From: Syntrophales bacterium | GTDB lineage: Bacteria; Desulfobacterota; Syntrophia; Syntrophales; UBA2210 | NCBI GenBank assembly: GCA_963662405.2 | Contig: CAXXKT010000001.1 | Location: 2,240,001-2,304,000 of the forward strand | Length of the DNA stretch: 64,000 nucleotides | Direction: 5' to 3' | In this document: piece after piece, positions 9,102-19,380 of the stretch | Layout of the letters: each line of letters starts with the position of its first letter | Position numbering within the stretch: the first letter of the stretch is position 1 | The notes under the pieces: model-generated | The model's input: the letters and a program-made list of their open reading frames with translations, nothing else | Told to the model about the DNA's origin: nothing | The model's database searches: none | Made by a program: the position numbers and the translations under genes

Positions 9102-11039
9102 ATGAAAGAGCTGAGGCATATTTTGTCTCCGATTACCGTGAAGGGTGTGGAGATCCCGAACCGCGTTGTGATGCCCCCCATGGGGACAAACCTGGGAAAT
9201 GCAGATGGGACGGTGAGTGAAGCAAATATCGCCTATCTGAGACGGCGTGCCCGGGGCGGTCCGGGCCTGATCATTACCGAGATCGTCGCCGCCCACCCCG
9301 ATGGGATATCGATTGACACACAGCTTGGGGCCTACGATGACCGCTTCATACCGGGTCTTACACAAGTGGTTTCTCTCGCACACGAGGCGGGGAGCCGGAT
9401 CTTCATGCAGATCCATCACGCGGGTCGCGAGAGTCTGCACATGCTGAGCAAGGGGAAGGCCATGGGTCCTTCGGCGATTCCCAGTCTCATCTATCGAATG
9501 CCGCCGCGGGAGATGACGATCGATGATATCAAAGAGACGATCGCCGCCTTCGGCTCGGCTGCTCGACGGGCTCGAGAGGCGGGGTTCGACGGTGTGGAAC
9601 TTCACTGTGCTCACGGATATCTCCTGACCCAGTTTCTTTCGACCCTCTCCAACCAGCGGACCGACGAATACGGTGGGGCCACGCTGAAAGAGCGATCCCG
9701 GTTCGTTGTTGAACTCATACAGACCGTCAGAAAGGACGTCGGGGATGATTTCCCCGTATCGATCAGGATCTCGACGGAGGAATTCATCAAGGGCGGGTAC
9801 ACGGCCGATGATATGCAGACGATTCTCCCCGATTTTGTCTCTGCGGGGATTGATATCATCCACGCCTCCTTCGGGACTCACGGGAGCCCCGGGGGGATCA
9901 CCAGCGCCCCCATCGAGTACGAGCCCGGCTTCAACGCCTGGCTTGCACGAAAGGTGAAGGATGTCGTTGATATTCCCGTTATCGCCGTGGGCCGTTTCAA
10001 CCATCCGGAACCGGCCGATGAGGTCATCAGGCGTGGTGATGCGGATATGGTTGCCTTCGGGAGGCAGTTCCTTGCCGATCCCGATTTCCTGATCAAAGCA
10101 AGGGAAGGCCGCGTTGAGGATATCAGGAAGTGCCTGGCCTGTAATCAGGGTTGTATCGAACGCCTGGTTCTTGGCGAGGGGAATATCCGGTGTGCCATCA
10201 ACCCCGAGACGGGGCAGGAGACGATCTATCCGGAAGGACCGGCGGCTCATCCGAAGAATGTGTGGATTGTCGGAGGGGGACCGGCCGGTCTGACGGCGGC
10301 CTCCGAGGCCGTTCGTCTGGGACATACCGTCACCCTCTTTGAGAAGGATGGTGATCTGGGCGGCCAGATTCGATTTGCCCGGATACCTCCCCACAAGGAG
10401 GCGTACGGCGAATGGATCGACTGGCTGATCGACCAGGTGAAAAAAGCAGGGGTGACGATCAGGACCGGAACGGAAGTGACGGAATCGATGGTGCACGAAG
10501 GAAAACCCGATGCGGTTATCCTCGCCGCGGGCGGGGAGAAGATAGTCCCCGAAATATCGGGACTCGACGCTCCTCATGTCTGTGATGCCTGGCAGGCCCT
10601 GAGCGGTTCCGTGAAACCGGGAGAAAACGTCCTGGTCATCGGCGGCGGGCTTATTGGGATGGAAACAGCGGATTTCCTGAGTGAGCAGGGGAGTAAGATC
10701 ACCCTGGTGGAGATGCTCAAGCACTCGCCCGTCCAGAAGATTACGTCACACGGGTACATGCTGCACCGACGGCTGCGCGACAAAGGGGCCCTCCTTCTCT
10801 TCAGCACGACGGTGAAGGCCGTCGGCGACGGGAGCGCGGTGATCGAGACGGCGGGAGAGGAGTCGACGATTACTCCCATCGATCAGGTGGTGGTTGCCGT
10901 GGGGCTGAAACCCGCGGACGGTCTCAAGGCGGTTCTCGAGAAGGAAGGAATTCCCTGCACGGTGGTCGGCGATGCTGCCGGAGCCCGGAGGATCATCGAG
11001 GCTACCGATGAGGGAGCACGAGCCGCCTGGGCTCTGTAG
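9102..11039 (+). CDS. NADH:flavin oxidoreductase (OYE barrel + 4Fe-4S + FAD domain; 2,4-dienoyl-CoA/enoate reductase family)
   Basis: HCAHGYL, NQRTDEYGG, CLACNQGC...CAINP, GGGPAG, GGGLIG. Confidence 0.9.
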   Translation: MKELRHILSPITVKGVEIPNRVVMPPMGTNLGNADGTVSEANIAYLRRRARGGPGLIITEIVAAHPDGISIDTQLGAYDDRFIPGLTQVVSLAHEAGSRIFMQIHHAGRESLHMLSKGKAMGPSAIPSLIYRMPPREMTIDDIKETIAAFGSAARRAREAGFDGVELHCAHGYLLTQFLSTLSNQRTDEYGGATLKERSRFVVELIQTVRKDVGDDFPVSIRISTEEFIKGGYTADDMQTILPDFVSAGIDIIHASFGTHGSPGGITSAPIEYEPGFNAWLARKVKDVVDIPVIAVGRFNHPEPADEVIRRGDADMVAFGRQFLADPDFLIKAREGRVEDIRKCLACNQGCIERLVLGEGNIRCAINPETGQETIYPEGPAAHPKNVWIVGGGPAGLTAASEAVRLGHTVTLFEKDGDLGGQIRFARIPPHKEAYGEWIDWLIDQVKKAGVTIRTGTEVTESMVHEGKPDAVILAAGGEKIVPEISGLDAPHVCDAWQALSGSVKPGENVLVIGGGLIGMETADFLSEQGSKITLVEMLKHSPVQKITSHGYMLHRRLRDKGALLLFSTTVKAVGDGSAVIETAGEESTITPIDQVVVAVGLKPADGLKAVLEKEGIPCTVVGDAAGARRIIEATDEGARAAWAL

Positions 11040-11178
11040 ATGGCAGGATAGACAGGGAGAAGGAAGAGAGGGGGAAGGAACGCGCGTGGCGGTTGGCCAT
11101 CCTGCGGTGAATCGTGAGTGGGTAAACAGGGTCTTCGTCATGTTTCCTTGCCGGGTGCCTTTTCAGTGGTAGACGAAA

Positions 11179-11212
11179 AGAGGCCCCCTGGATCCAAGTC
11201 CAGGGGGCCTCT
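11179..11212. terminator. Intrinsic terminator hairpin between convergent genes
   Basis: AGAGGCCCCCTGGA-tccaag-TCCAGGGGGCCTCT, with a T-run following on the minus strand. Confidence 0.75.
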
Positions 11213-11243
11213 CGTGTTTCAGGACCCCGGGTCCATCATCCCA

Positions 11244-12443
11244 TTACACCTCTCGTGTCCAGAGAGATGCCATGGAGGGACCACTTCCGACGCACAGGGA
11301 TGCCCCGCCGGTCGTTTTGTTGATCCGTTCGAGTTCGTAGTAGAGTGACACGATGAGGCGAAGCCCGGTGCACCCGATGGGATGCCCCAGGGCGATTCCC
11401 GAGCCATTGGTATTGACGTTGTCGAGACTGAGCTTTATGCCCATGTCTTCCTCCAACTTTCTCCCGACACCAAGAAATTGGGCGGCGAAGGCCTCGTTGA
11501 TCTCCCAGTAATCGATATCTTCGAACTGCATTCCTGCTTGCTTGAGGCACTTGGGAATGGTGACCGCCGGCCCCAGGCCCATGACAAAGGGATCGACCCC
11601 CGCACTGCAGATGTTGATCAGTTTCAGGAGAGGCGTGACACCGAGTGCCTCGGCCTTGGTCTTGGACATGATCACCGCGGCCGCGGCGGCATCGTTGACC
11701 CCTGAAGCATTGGCGGCGGTCACGACGCCCCCTTCCTTGAAGGCGGGACGCAGCTTCCCCATGGCCTCAAGATTGGCATCCGGAATCATATGTTCATCGG
11801 TATCGAATATCGTCACGCCCTTCTTCGTCTTGATCTCTACCGGGACGATTTCGCGTTTGAATCGGCCTTCCCGGACGGCCCGTGTCGCCCGTTGGTGACT
11901 GATCAGGGCGAGCTGATCGCACTCCTCTCGGGTGATGCCGTACCGCTCGGCAACATTCTCAGCGGTCATGCCCATATGACCGGGGACGAGTTCATCGACA
12001 AGGGCGTCACGGATCATATGATCCTCCAGTGTGCCCGGTCCCATCCGGTATCCGCTGCGCCCTTTAGGGATCAGGTAGGGCGCTCCTGTCATGCTCTCGA
12101 CCCCGACCACGAGGCCGATCTCGGTTTTCCCGAGCATGATGTTGTGACAGGCGATCTCCATCGCTCTCATGCCCGAGGCGCAGTTCTGATTGACGGATAC
12201 GGCCGAACTCTCGTGGGACAGGCCGATTCTCATGCTCACCTGCCTCGCGGGGAGAGACCCCTGCATTGCGGGGAGGCATTGTCCCATGACGATCTCATCA
12301 ATCGTATCGGCGGAGATACCCGCCCTCTTTACTGCTTCCTTTCCGGCCGTGACGGCAAGATCCCGGGCCGGTACGTCCTTCAGACTCCCCAGAAATCTGC
12401 CGATGGCAGTTCGACATGCGGATACAATGACAACTTCTTCCAT
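11244..12443 (-). CDS. Thiolase (acetyl-CoA C-acyltransferase)
   Basis: NQNCASG, NEAFA, GHPIG, SLCVGSG. Confidence 0.95.
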   Translation of the reverse strand: MEEVVIVSACRTAIGRFLGSLKDVPARDLAVTAGKEAVKRAGISADTIDEIVMGQCLPAMQGSLPARQVSMRIGLSHESSAVSVNQNCASGMRAMEIACHNIMLGKTEIGLVVGVESMTGAPYLIPKGRSGYRMGPGTLEDHMIRDALVDELVPGHMGMTAENVAERYGITREECDQLALISHQRATRAVREGRFKREIVPVEIKTKKGVTIFDTDEHMIPDANLEAMGKLRPAFKEGGVVTAANASGVNDAAAAAVIMSKTKAEALGVTPLLKLINICSAGVDPFVMGLGPAVTIPKCLKQAGMQFEDIDYWEINEAFAAQFLGVGRKLEEDMGIKLSLDNVNTNGSGIALGHPIGCTGLRLIVSLYYELERINKTTGGASLCVGSGPSMASLWTREV

Positions 12444-12698
12444 TACTACACCTATCCTCCTTTTCCTATATGCCGTAGAGTGTCCCCATCGCCCATGAGT
12501 CGGGCGCCTGATGGCTTCTCAAGATAGCGGTTGATGTTATGATCCTCCGCCACCGTATGACGGAGGGTTTGATTGATCGCGGGCAGGACAGAGGCCCTGC
12601 CCGCGAATCGGCGCCCCGTGCATCATCCGGTTCGGGTTACTCACCGTCACCGTTGGTGTGGTTTATCCCAGACGTGTCAAGCGTGAGGGAGCCTTTGT

Positions 12699-13475
12699 TT
12701 ACTTATTCTTCTTTGCTCGTGCCGCCGCAAGTTTCTCTTGCAGGGCATCAATTCGCTGATGATTGTCCTCAGACCCGATAAAGGTTCTGAAGAGCCATTC
12801 TTCCACTCTCATTGCGCTGTCGAGGTCCTGACCCAGAACGTGGTTGGAAAGCTGCTTGGTCTCTTTCAGACACATCCTGTCGTAGGTTGCCATCTCTTTG
12901 GCAATGGCCATAACGGACTCGATCAATTTTCCTTCCGGGAACACCTGGGATACATACCCCATCTTTTCCGCTTCATAGGCATCGTAGATGCGACCGGTGA
13001 GAGCGACTTCCTTGGCACGCCCCAGGCCGATGATTCGCCACAGGGGATCCATGATCGGTGTCAGTGAGAGAACGATCTCGCGCTGTCCGAACTTGGCCCG
13101 TTCCGACGCATAACGGATATCACACATAAGGGTCAGATCGAATCCCCCGGCAATAGCAGCCCCGCCGACCGCGCAGATAACGGGCTGATCGCAGTACAGG
13201 ATCGCTCGGTATGCCCGGTGGAAGAGGGCGGTGTAATCTTCGTTGGATACCTTTTCCAGCTTGCGGATAATGGTCAGATCGAATCCGGCTGAAAAGTATT
13301 TTTCACCTCCCGTCAGGACGACCACATTGACATCCTGGCGTTTGCTGATTTCGGTAAAGAGTGTCTCGATTTCCTCAAGGACCTCGGGAGCCAGTGAATT
13401 TCCCTTATCCGGACGGTGAATAGTCACCGTCGCCACCTTGTCTTCAACCGAGAGCAACAAGTATTTCAATTCCAT
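12699..13475 (-). CDS. Enoyl-CoA hydratase/isomerase (crotonase) family protein with non-canonical active site
   Basis: FSAGFDL, AIAGGFDL...CDIR...FGQRE. Confidence 0.85.
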   Translation of the reverse strand: MELKYLLLSVEDKVATVTIHRPDKGNSLAPEVLEEIETLFTEISKRQDVNVVVLTGGEKYFSAGFDLTIIRKLEKVSNEDYTALFHRAYRAILYCDQPVICAVGGAAIAGGFDLTLMCDIRYASERAKFGQREIVLSLTPIMDPLWRIIGLGRAKEVALTGRIYDAYEAEKMGYVSQVFPEGKLIESVMAIAKEMATYDRMCLKETKQLSNHVLGQDLDSAMRVEEWLFRTFIGSEDNHQRIDALQEKLAAARAKKNK

Positions 13476-13505
13476 AACGCCTCCTTATCCCGTTTCTTTG
13501 TTTTT

Positions 13506-14645
13506 TTAGCGCAAAAATTCCGCTGCTGACATTACCCTCTGGATCTCATTTACACCCTCGTAGATCTCCGTGAGCTTCATATCACGGAACATCCTTTCAA
13601 TGGGGAACTCTTTCGAGTAAGAAAAAGCGCCCATGATCTGCATGGCGTTGCTGACTACGCGATGACATGCCTGGGAGACGAACAGACGCGTCCGGGCCGA
13701 TTGAAAGAGGATATCTTCTCCCTGCGATTTCTTGAATGCCGTTGCATAGGTGGAATAGCGCATCGCCTCTATATCAGACGCCATCTCACCGAGCAACCAT
13801 TGAATCGTCTGAAATTTGGTAATCGGTTTCCCTCGCTGAACCCGTTCCTTGGCATACTGGAGGGCCGTATCAAAAGCACCCTGGGCCAGCCCGGTAGCTT
13901 CTGCGGAAATCCCCAGTTTTCCGACGGCAATCTCCGTCGTCAGGGTCTTGAAGGCCTTTCCCCGGAACGCCTCGCCACCGAGCGTGTTTTCATACGGAAC
14001 ACGGACATCCTGCAACACGACGTCGGCGACTTCCATGCCGTTCATCCCCATCTTCTCCACCAATTTGGGGGTGGCGTATCCTTTCGTGTCTTTGGGAACG
14101 ATGATTGCGGTGATCTTACCGTCCAACTCCACATCCTTGCAGAAAAGGATGATATAACCGGGGATCGAAGAGTTCGTAATGAAGATCTTTTCTCCATTGA
14201 TGACCCACTCGTCTCCTTCACGGACGCAGGTTGTCTTGACCGCTCCCGGGTCGGAACCTGTCGATGGTTCCGTGAAAGCGAAGCTGCCGACGGCATCACC
14301 CTGGAGCACGTCGGGGAGGTATTTCTTCTTCTGTTCCTCTGTTCCGAATTCTTCGAGTGAACCGGCACAGAGGCAGTTGACCGAGATGTGACCACCGATC
14401 GAGCAGTAGACGCGTGATAACTCTTCAAGGACTATCACATACTCGAGATATGTGCTTCCCACGCCGCCGTATTCGGTGGGATATTGGATGCCGTAAAAGC
14501 TCAGATCGCGCATCTTCTTGATCAGATCACGCGGGGTCCGCTTTGTCTCTTCCATCATATCGATGAGAGGCGCAATCTCCATTTCCGCAAATTTCCTCGC
14601 CGTCTCCCGAAACATCGCTTGTTCTTCCGTCAGATAGAAATCCAT
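13506..14645 (-). CDS. Acyl-CoA dehydrogenase
   Basis: FAFTEPSTGSD, NGEKIFITN, IYEGVNEIQR. Confidence 0.95.
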   Translation of the reverse strand: MDFYLTEEQAMFRETARKFAEMEIAPLIDMMEETKRTPRDLIKKMRDLSFYGIQYPTEYGGVGSTYLEYVIVLEELSRVYCSIGGHISVNCLCAGSLEEFGTEEQKKKYLPDVLQGDAVGSFAFTEPSTGSDPGAVKTTCVREGDEWVINGEKIFITNSSIPGYIILFCKDVELDGKITAIIVPKDTKGYATPKLVEKMGMNGMEVADVVLQDVRVPYENTLGGEAFRGKAFKTLTTEIAVGKLGISAEATGLAQGAFDTALQYAKERVQRGKPITKFQTIQWLLGEMASDIEAMRYSTYATAFKKSQGEDILFQSARTRLFVSQACHRVVSNAMQIMGAFSYSKEFPIERMFRDMKLTEIYEGVNEIQRVMSAAEFLR

Positions 14646-14753
14646 ATGTTCCTCCTAAGTTTCATTTTTCTTATGTCGTGCCGCTTACCGAGGTTACCGG
14701 CCTTCTCGTTGATCTCTCGCCCGAGAGCATTGCCGTTATCGATCTGAAAAAGA

Positions 14754-14793
14754 CCATGAGCGACCCCGCCGCTCACAGCGGGGTTGCTCATGG
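14754..14793 (-). terminator. Hairpin/terminator downstream of the abfD-like gene
   Basis: CCATGAGCGACCCCGC...GCGGGGTTGCTCATGG, followed by TCTTTTT on the minus strand. Confidence 0.6.
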
Positions 14794-14837
14794 AAAGCAT
14801 CATTGTCTGATTGACTCAGGATATTATCCTCAACAGA

Positions 14838-16313
14838 TTAATACCATGAGCGTTTTTCCCTGAAGATCCCTTTCGTCGATTCCTCGACCGGGATGCCCGC
14901 AAGCTTCTTCGCGAGGTTTTTCGAATGCTCCATGTTGTGATCACGATAGATAGCCACCTTTTCAATAATCGGCGAACCGCCTCCATGAAGCGCATCGACC
15001 AGTTTGTGACCACCCCAGGTAGAGACCATCATGTCCTGAAACAGGCGAAATGCGCGGTGCTGCTCTTCGGCAGATACATCAGGGTTGCGCATGATATATT
15101 TGTCAAGAAACGGTCCGATTTTCTCATCGGCGAAATCAGCCTCGCTGGGGAGGGTACAGGCCAGACCACCGGCAATGGCCGCAAGGTTCTCGTACTCCCG
15201 ATATATCGATTCGCCGGCCAGCATCCGCCCGGCGTTGACATAGTTCGTATCCGGTACGTATGTCCCGGAATCGGCTCGCGTGGCATTGATCGCCGCCGCA
15301 ATACCCGCGGCGTATATCAGGTCGACGACCTGGACCATGTTCGCGAGCGTATGCCGCACGTGTCCCGCCTTCTCGATGCCGTTGTACTCCGCGGCCAGGG
15401 CCGTACACCCTGTTACCACCTCTGAAAGGGCCGCCTTGCATCCCGTGTAGCTGTGGCGGTGGAACAGGGCAAAATAAAGCGCAAGCTTACCCGCCTGCTC
15501 CGTTTCACCACAAAGAAAGACGCGATCCCATGGAATGAATGCATTATCGAAGATCGTTACAGAGTGGGAGAACCCGATATTGGCATGCGGGGCACTCAAT
15601 TTGTCGCGCTTCGGCGGATAGAAGGGGGCGTTCACCAGGGTTACGCCTTCCCAGTCAGCGGGAATGGAGAACGCAACCGCCCAGTCCGTCTCGTCGGGCA
15701 TCATATTCCGTGTCGGGATAACGACGATTTCGTCGACATAGGCCGAGGCCGAGTTGTGGGCCTTGGCACCGCTCACTATGATCCCGTCCTCGCGTTTCTC
15801 AACGACACGTACGTAGAGATCGGGATCTTTCTGCTGTCCCGGCCGCCAGATCCGGTTGCCCTTGGCATCCGTCTGGGCACAAACGAGGGACAGATCTTCA
15901 GCCTGTACCTTTTTCAAAAACTCGATAAAAGATTTATTATAGCTTGTTCCGTGTTTCTGATCGGCGTCATAGGTGGCGATCGAAAGGGCATTCAGACCAT
16001 CGATTCCCATGCATCGCTGGATACATCCGCCCACCTCCTGGGCATAAAGCCTGGTCATCTTCTGCTTGTTCAATAGATCTTCGATGCTCTGGTGAATATG
16101 GCAGAAACGGTTGATCTTTTCTCCCGTGAGATGTGAGATGGCCGTGCCTATACCCTCGTATGCCGGGTCAAAGGCGAAATCATAAGTTGATGCCATGACA
16201 TTGATCCCACCCATGATCTTCGGGTTGAATCGATCCACATATTTGCCGTCCTGAAATACATTGGGTTTTAATTTGGCTATCCTCTCTTTGTACTGCTCAC
16301 CGGTAATCATCAT
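14838..16313 (-). CDS. abfD: 4-hydroxybutyryl-CoA dehydratase-like radical dehydratase (AbfD/HpaB fold)
   Basis: GGCIQRCMG and HRHSYTGCK supply the Cys/Cys/His/Cys 4Fe-4S ligands; QTDAKG; HGGGSP. Confidence 0.8.
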   Translation of the reverse strand: MMITGEQYKERIAKLKPNVFQDGKYVDRFNPKIMGGINVMASTYDFAFDPAYEGIGTAISHLTGEKINRFCHIHQSIEDLLNKQKMTRLYAQEVGGCIQRCMGIDGLNALSIATYDADQKHGTSYNKSFIEFLKKVQAEDLSLVCAQTDAKGNRIWRPGQQKDPDLYVRVVEKREDGIIVSGAKAHNSASAYVDEIVVIPTRNMMPDETDWAVAFSIPADWEGVTLVNAPFYPPKRDKLSAPHANIGFSHSVTIFDNAFIPWDRVFLCGETEQAGKLALYFALFHRHSYTGCKAALSEVVTGCTALAAEYNGIEKAGHVRHTLANMVQVVDLIYAAGIAAAINATRADSGTYVPDTNYVNAGRMLAGESIYREYENLAAIAGGLACTLPSEADFADEKIGPFLDKYIMRNPDVSAEEQHRAFRLFQDMMVSTWGGHKLVDALHGGGSPIIEKVAIYRDHNMEHSKNLAKKLAGIPVEESTKGIFREKRSWY

Positions 16314-16412
16314 CTCTTAAAATCCTCCAATTCGTTCATTTTTTCTCATAGGCGATTGATCGATTTGATTGGCATCACTGTCACCCCATAAGGGCCAACA
16401 TATCTCACAACA

Positions 16413-16458
16413 TTGTCTACAATATTGTATGTACATACTTGAATTTGTAATGTCAAGC
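16413..16458 (-). promoter_or_regulatory. Leftward promoter (-35 TTGACA) with GntR-like boxes
   Basis: TTGTCTACAA-TATTGTATGTACA at 16413-16435; reverse-strand GCTTGACA at 16451-16458. Confidence 0.5.
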
Positions 16459-16857
16459 CTTTTTTTGTGGTTTTGCGAACGATGTTTGGAGATGGTAAAA
16501 GGCGCGTTTCAACAATACAATACCATGACTGTTCGCCCCCTTATCCCGCATTGGAACGAGCGCATGAGAGACGTCCAGCAGGAGAGGCAGGATAATGCCG
16601 GTTGGCGGATGGAGTGGATCGTTACGGATTACTTTTTTAGAAATACGGGGAGTGCCGTGAGCATTGTGCCACGATCTCTGCCCTGAATCGAATTTGCAAT
16701 AACATAGATGGCGAAAGCGGGGGATGTCTGAAAAACAGCTCAAGTGGAAGCGAACAGATTAGAGCGATGCCATACGGGTTATAACTAGTCGGTAACTATT
16801 CTAAAGATTAATGCTTGACAATTCGTGGAAAGTGGGGTAGCACGCCCATCATTGGTT

Positions 16858-16881
16858 GATTGTATGCAATCTTGGAGACAA
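16858..16881 (+). promoter_or_regulatory. Putative GntR operator
   Basis: GATTGTATGCAATC-TTGGAGACAA, nearly identical to 19357-19380; GCTTGACA upstream at 16813. Confidence 0.6.
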
Positions 16882-16953
16882 GAAATCCGGCACGATTGTA
16901 GCCAAGCCAGTTTGAACGAAAAAACAAAACCGTAACCCGAGGAGGAGAAAGAT

Positions 16954-17718
16954 ATGATTCTAGAGAAGTTCAAACTTACGGGGAGTGTTGCTCTTGCGAC
17001 TGGTGCCAGTCGAGGGTTGGGCCAAGGGATGGCCATTGCGTTGGCAGAGGCGGGTGCGGATGTGGTGCTGGTTGCCCGGACGGAATCCGCTTTGGAAAAA
17101 ACGGCCGCAATTATCAGGGAAGTCGGGTCTCAGGCGCTGGTCGTGCAGGCGGACCTGGCAAAGGACGGCGAAGCTGATCGAGTCGTGCGAAATACCGTGG
17201 ACCACTTCGGTCGGATTGACATTCTTCTGAATGCCGCCGGAACACAGGTCCGAAAGCCCATACCGGAAATCACGGAACAGGACTTCGATTACGTCATGGA
17301 TGTCAACCTTAAGGCCCTTTACTTCATAAGCCAGTCGGCCGCACGGGAGATGACCAAGAGAAACAAAGGGAAAATTATCAATATCGCCTCGCTTTCCAGC
17401 TTTATCGGTTTGAATAACATCAGTATATACGCGGCCAGCAAGGGTGGTGTCGCTTCGCTTACGCATCAGTTTGCCGTTGAATTAGCCAAGAGTAATATAC
17501 AGGTTAATGGCATCGCACCTGGGTATTTTATCACGGAATTGACGAAAGCGCTGTTCCAGGATCCGGAGAGGGCCAAATGGGTTTTGGGGAAGATTCCTCT
17601 CGGGAGGACCGGAGACCCGGATGACTTGAAAGGTGCCGTTGTCTTCCTTGCGTCGTCGGCTTCGGATTATATCACCGGCCACATTCTTAATGTCGATGGT
17701 GGATGGTTGTCCGCTTGA
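16954..17718 (+). CDS. SDR oxidoreductase (KduD / gluconate 5-dehydrogenase-like)
   Basis: TGASRGLG, YAASKGG, NGIAPGY, VDGGW. Confidence 0.9.
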   Translation: MILEKFKLTGSVALATGASRGLGQGMAIALAEAGADVVLVARTESALEKTAAIIREVGSQALVVQADLAKDGEADRVVRNTVDHFGRIDILLNAAGTQVRKPIPEITEQDFDYVMDVNLKALYFISQSAAREMTKRNKGKIINIASLSSFIGLNNISIYAASKGGVASLTHQFAVELAKSNIQVNGIAPGYFITELTKALFQDPERAKWVLGKIPLGRTGDPDDLKGAVVFLASSASDYITGHILNVDGGWLSA

Positions 17719-17729
17719 TGACAAGTATG

Positions 17730-17755
17730 AAAGGGGGGATGTGCCCCCCTTTTTT
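17730..17755 (+). terminator. Intrinsic terminator after the SDR gene
   Basis: AAAGGGGGG-atgtg-CCCCCCTTTTTT. Confidence 0.6.
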
Positions 17756-17837
17756 CGTTCGAGACCTGGCTGCAGGTCGAGATGACAATATGTCATGTTT
17801 CGATAAACATGAAAATTCATATGAGAGGAAATCTATA

Positions 17838-19064
17838 ATGCAAGAATTTACGACACCGAAAGCACTTGCGGGGCTCCGCGTCCTCGACTTGACGCGTGTC
17901 TATGCCGGGCCCTACTGCTCGACATTGCTCGGGGATATGGGCGCGGAAATTATCAAGATCGAGCCTCCCGGTGGTGAGGTGATGCGCGATAATCCCCCGC
18001 AGGTCGAAAATGGGAAGGGAGGACCGCATACGGCAAGCCGGAGCGGATATTTCTTGGGATTGAACCGGAACAAGTATGGGATTACACTGAATCTGAAACA
18101 CCCGGGGGCATTGCAGGTATTCAAGGACCTGGTCAAGATTTCGGATGTTGTCCTCGAAAATTATCGGCCCGGGGTGATGAAACGTTTGGGGATCGACTAT
18201 CCCGTCCTGAAGGAGATTAATCCGCGCATTGTTCTGGGCAGCATCAGTGGTTTTGGACAGGATGGACCGTATGCAGACCGAATGGGTTTTGATACGATCG
18301 CCCAGGCCATGAGCGGTTTCATTTCACTGACCGGCCACCCGGGTGGCCCTCTGACGAAGGCCGGCACCTCTTTGGCCGATGCCAACGCCGGTGTCCATGC
18401 TGCTTTCGGGGTTATGTGTGCTTTATGGTATCGGGAGCAAACGGGGATCGGACAGCATGTGGATGTCTCCATGCAGGAAGCCATGGTTTCGATCCTGGAG
18501 AATGCGATTGTGAAATGGACCATCGGCGGAGTGATTCAAACCCCTATCGGTACCATGAATCCCAACGATGCCCCCTGGGGGGCGTATAAGTGCAAGGATG
18601 GCTATATCATGATCTGTACCCTGGGCAACGAACACTGGCTTCGTTTTTGTGATGCCCTGAAAAAACCTGAGTGGGCTGAAGACCCCGAGTATGCGACAAA
18701 GGAACAGCGCTGGGAAAAGAAATACGCTCTTCTCGAACAGATAGAGGATATCACGACGCAATATACCGTTGAAGAAGTCGGGAAGATGCTGGACGATAAC
18801 CGGATAGCCAACTCCCGCATCCTCAATATCAAAGAGGTCGTCGAAGACCCGCATCTGAATGCACGTGGGTATTTCGTAGAAGTAGAGCATCCTGTCATAG
18901 GGAAAGCCACGATCCCCGGGATGCCGTTCAAGATGTCCGAAACCCCCGGAACGGTGGATCGTCCGTCCCCGCTCGTTGGTGAGCATGACCAGTTGATACT
19001 GGGGAAATACCTGAATCTCACCGCAGAGGATATAGAAAAGCTGCACGAGGAGGGCGCGATGTGA
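17838..19064 (+). CDS. Family III (CaiB/BaiF) CoA-transferase
   Basis: LAGLRVLDLTRVYAGP, NRNK, ENYRPG, catalytic Asp in SLADANAG; start moved to 17838. Confidence 0.92.
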   Translation: MQEFTTPKALAGLRVLDLTRVYAGPYCSTLLGDMGAEIIKIEPPGGEVMRDNPPQVENGKGGPHTASRSGYFLGLNRNKYGITLNLKHPGALQVFKDLVKISDVVLENYRPGVMKRLGIDYPVLKEINPRIVLGSISGFGQDGPYADRMGFDTIAQAMSGFISLTGHPGGPLTKAGTSLADANAGVHAAFGVMCALWYREQTGIGQHVDVSMQEAMVSILENAIVKWTIGGVIQTPIGTMNPNDAPWGAYKCKDGYIMICTLGNEHWLRFCDALKKPEWAEDPEYATKEQRWEKKYALLEQIEDITTQYTVEEVGKMLDDNRIANSRILNIKEVVEDPHLNARGYFVEVEHPVIGKATIPGMPFKMSETPGTVDRPSPLVGEHDQLILGKYLNLTAEDIEKLHEEGAM

Positions 19065-19354
19065 CAGGCGCGTCCCATGGAGAATGCATCGAGTGGGGGC
19101 AATACAGATCCACCACCCAGAGATGCTTGACCTGATACGGGACGGATGCCGGTGGTTGTGGAGACCGTCATTTTCCCGGCAGCGCAGATGTGGTGTTTCC
19201 ACGACCTCTCCCATGGGTTGAAGAAGGGAATTGATGCAGAGGAAAGGCATTCGTATCGCGGAGGATGGCGGTTCGGATTTTGATAAGAGAGACGGTGGAC
19301 TGATTGTGAAATAAAGCTTGACAAAAAACAGTGTTCAGAGTAGGCCATTCCTCG

Positions 19355-19380
19355 TAGATTGTATGCAATCTACGAGACAA
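19355..19380 (+). promoter_or_regulatory. Putative GntR operator upstream of the ABC transporter
   Basis: TAGATTGTATGCAATCTA-CGAGACAA; TTGACA at 19318. Confidence 0.6.

Noticed and set aside
9078..10724. 548-aa minus-strand ORF (likewise 40246-41817 and 46339-47454)
   Set aside because: Each is antisense to a well-supported gene and reflects codon bias.
14838..16313. Annotation as 4-hydroxyphenylacetate 3-monooxygenase (also for 61900-63366)
   Set aside because: The fold is shared, but the Fe-S ligand motifs (CxQRC, HxxSYxGCK) and the anaerobic CoA-pathway context indicate an AbfD-type dehydratase.
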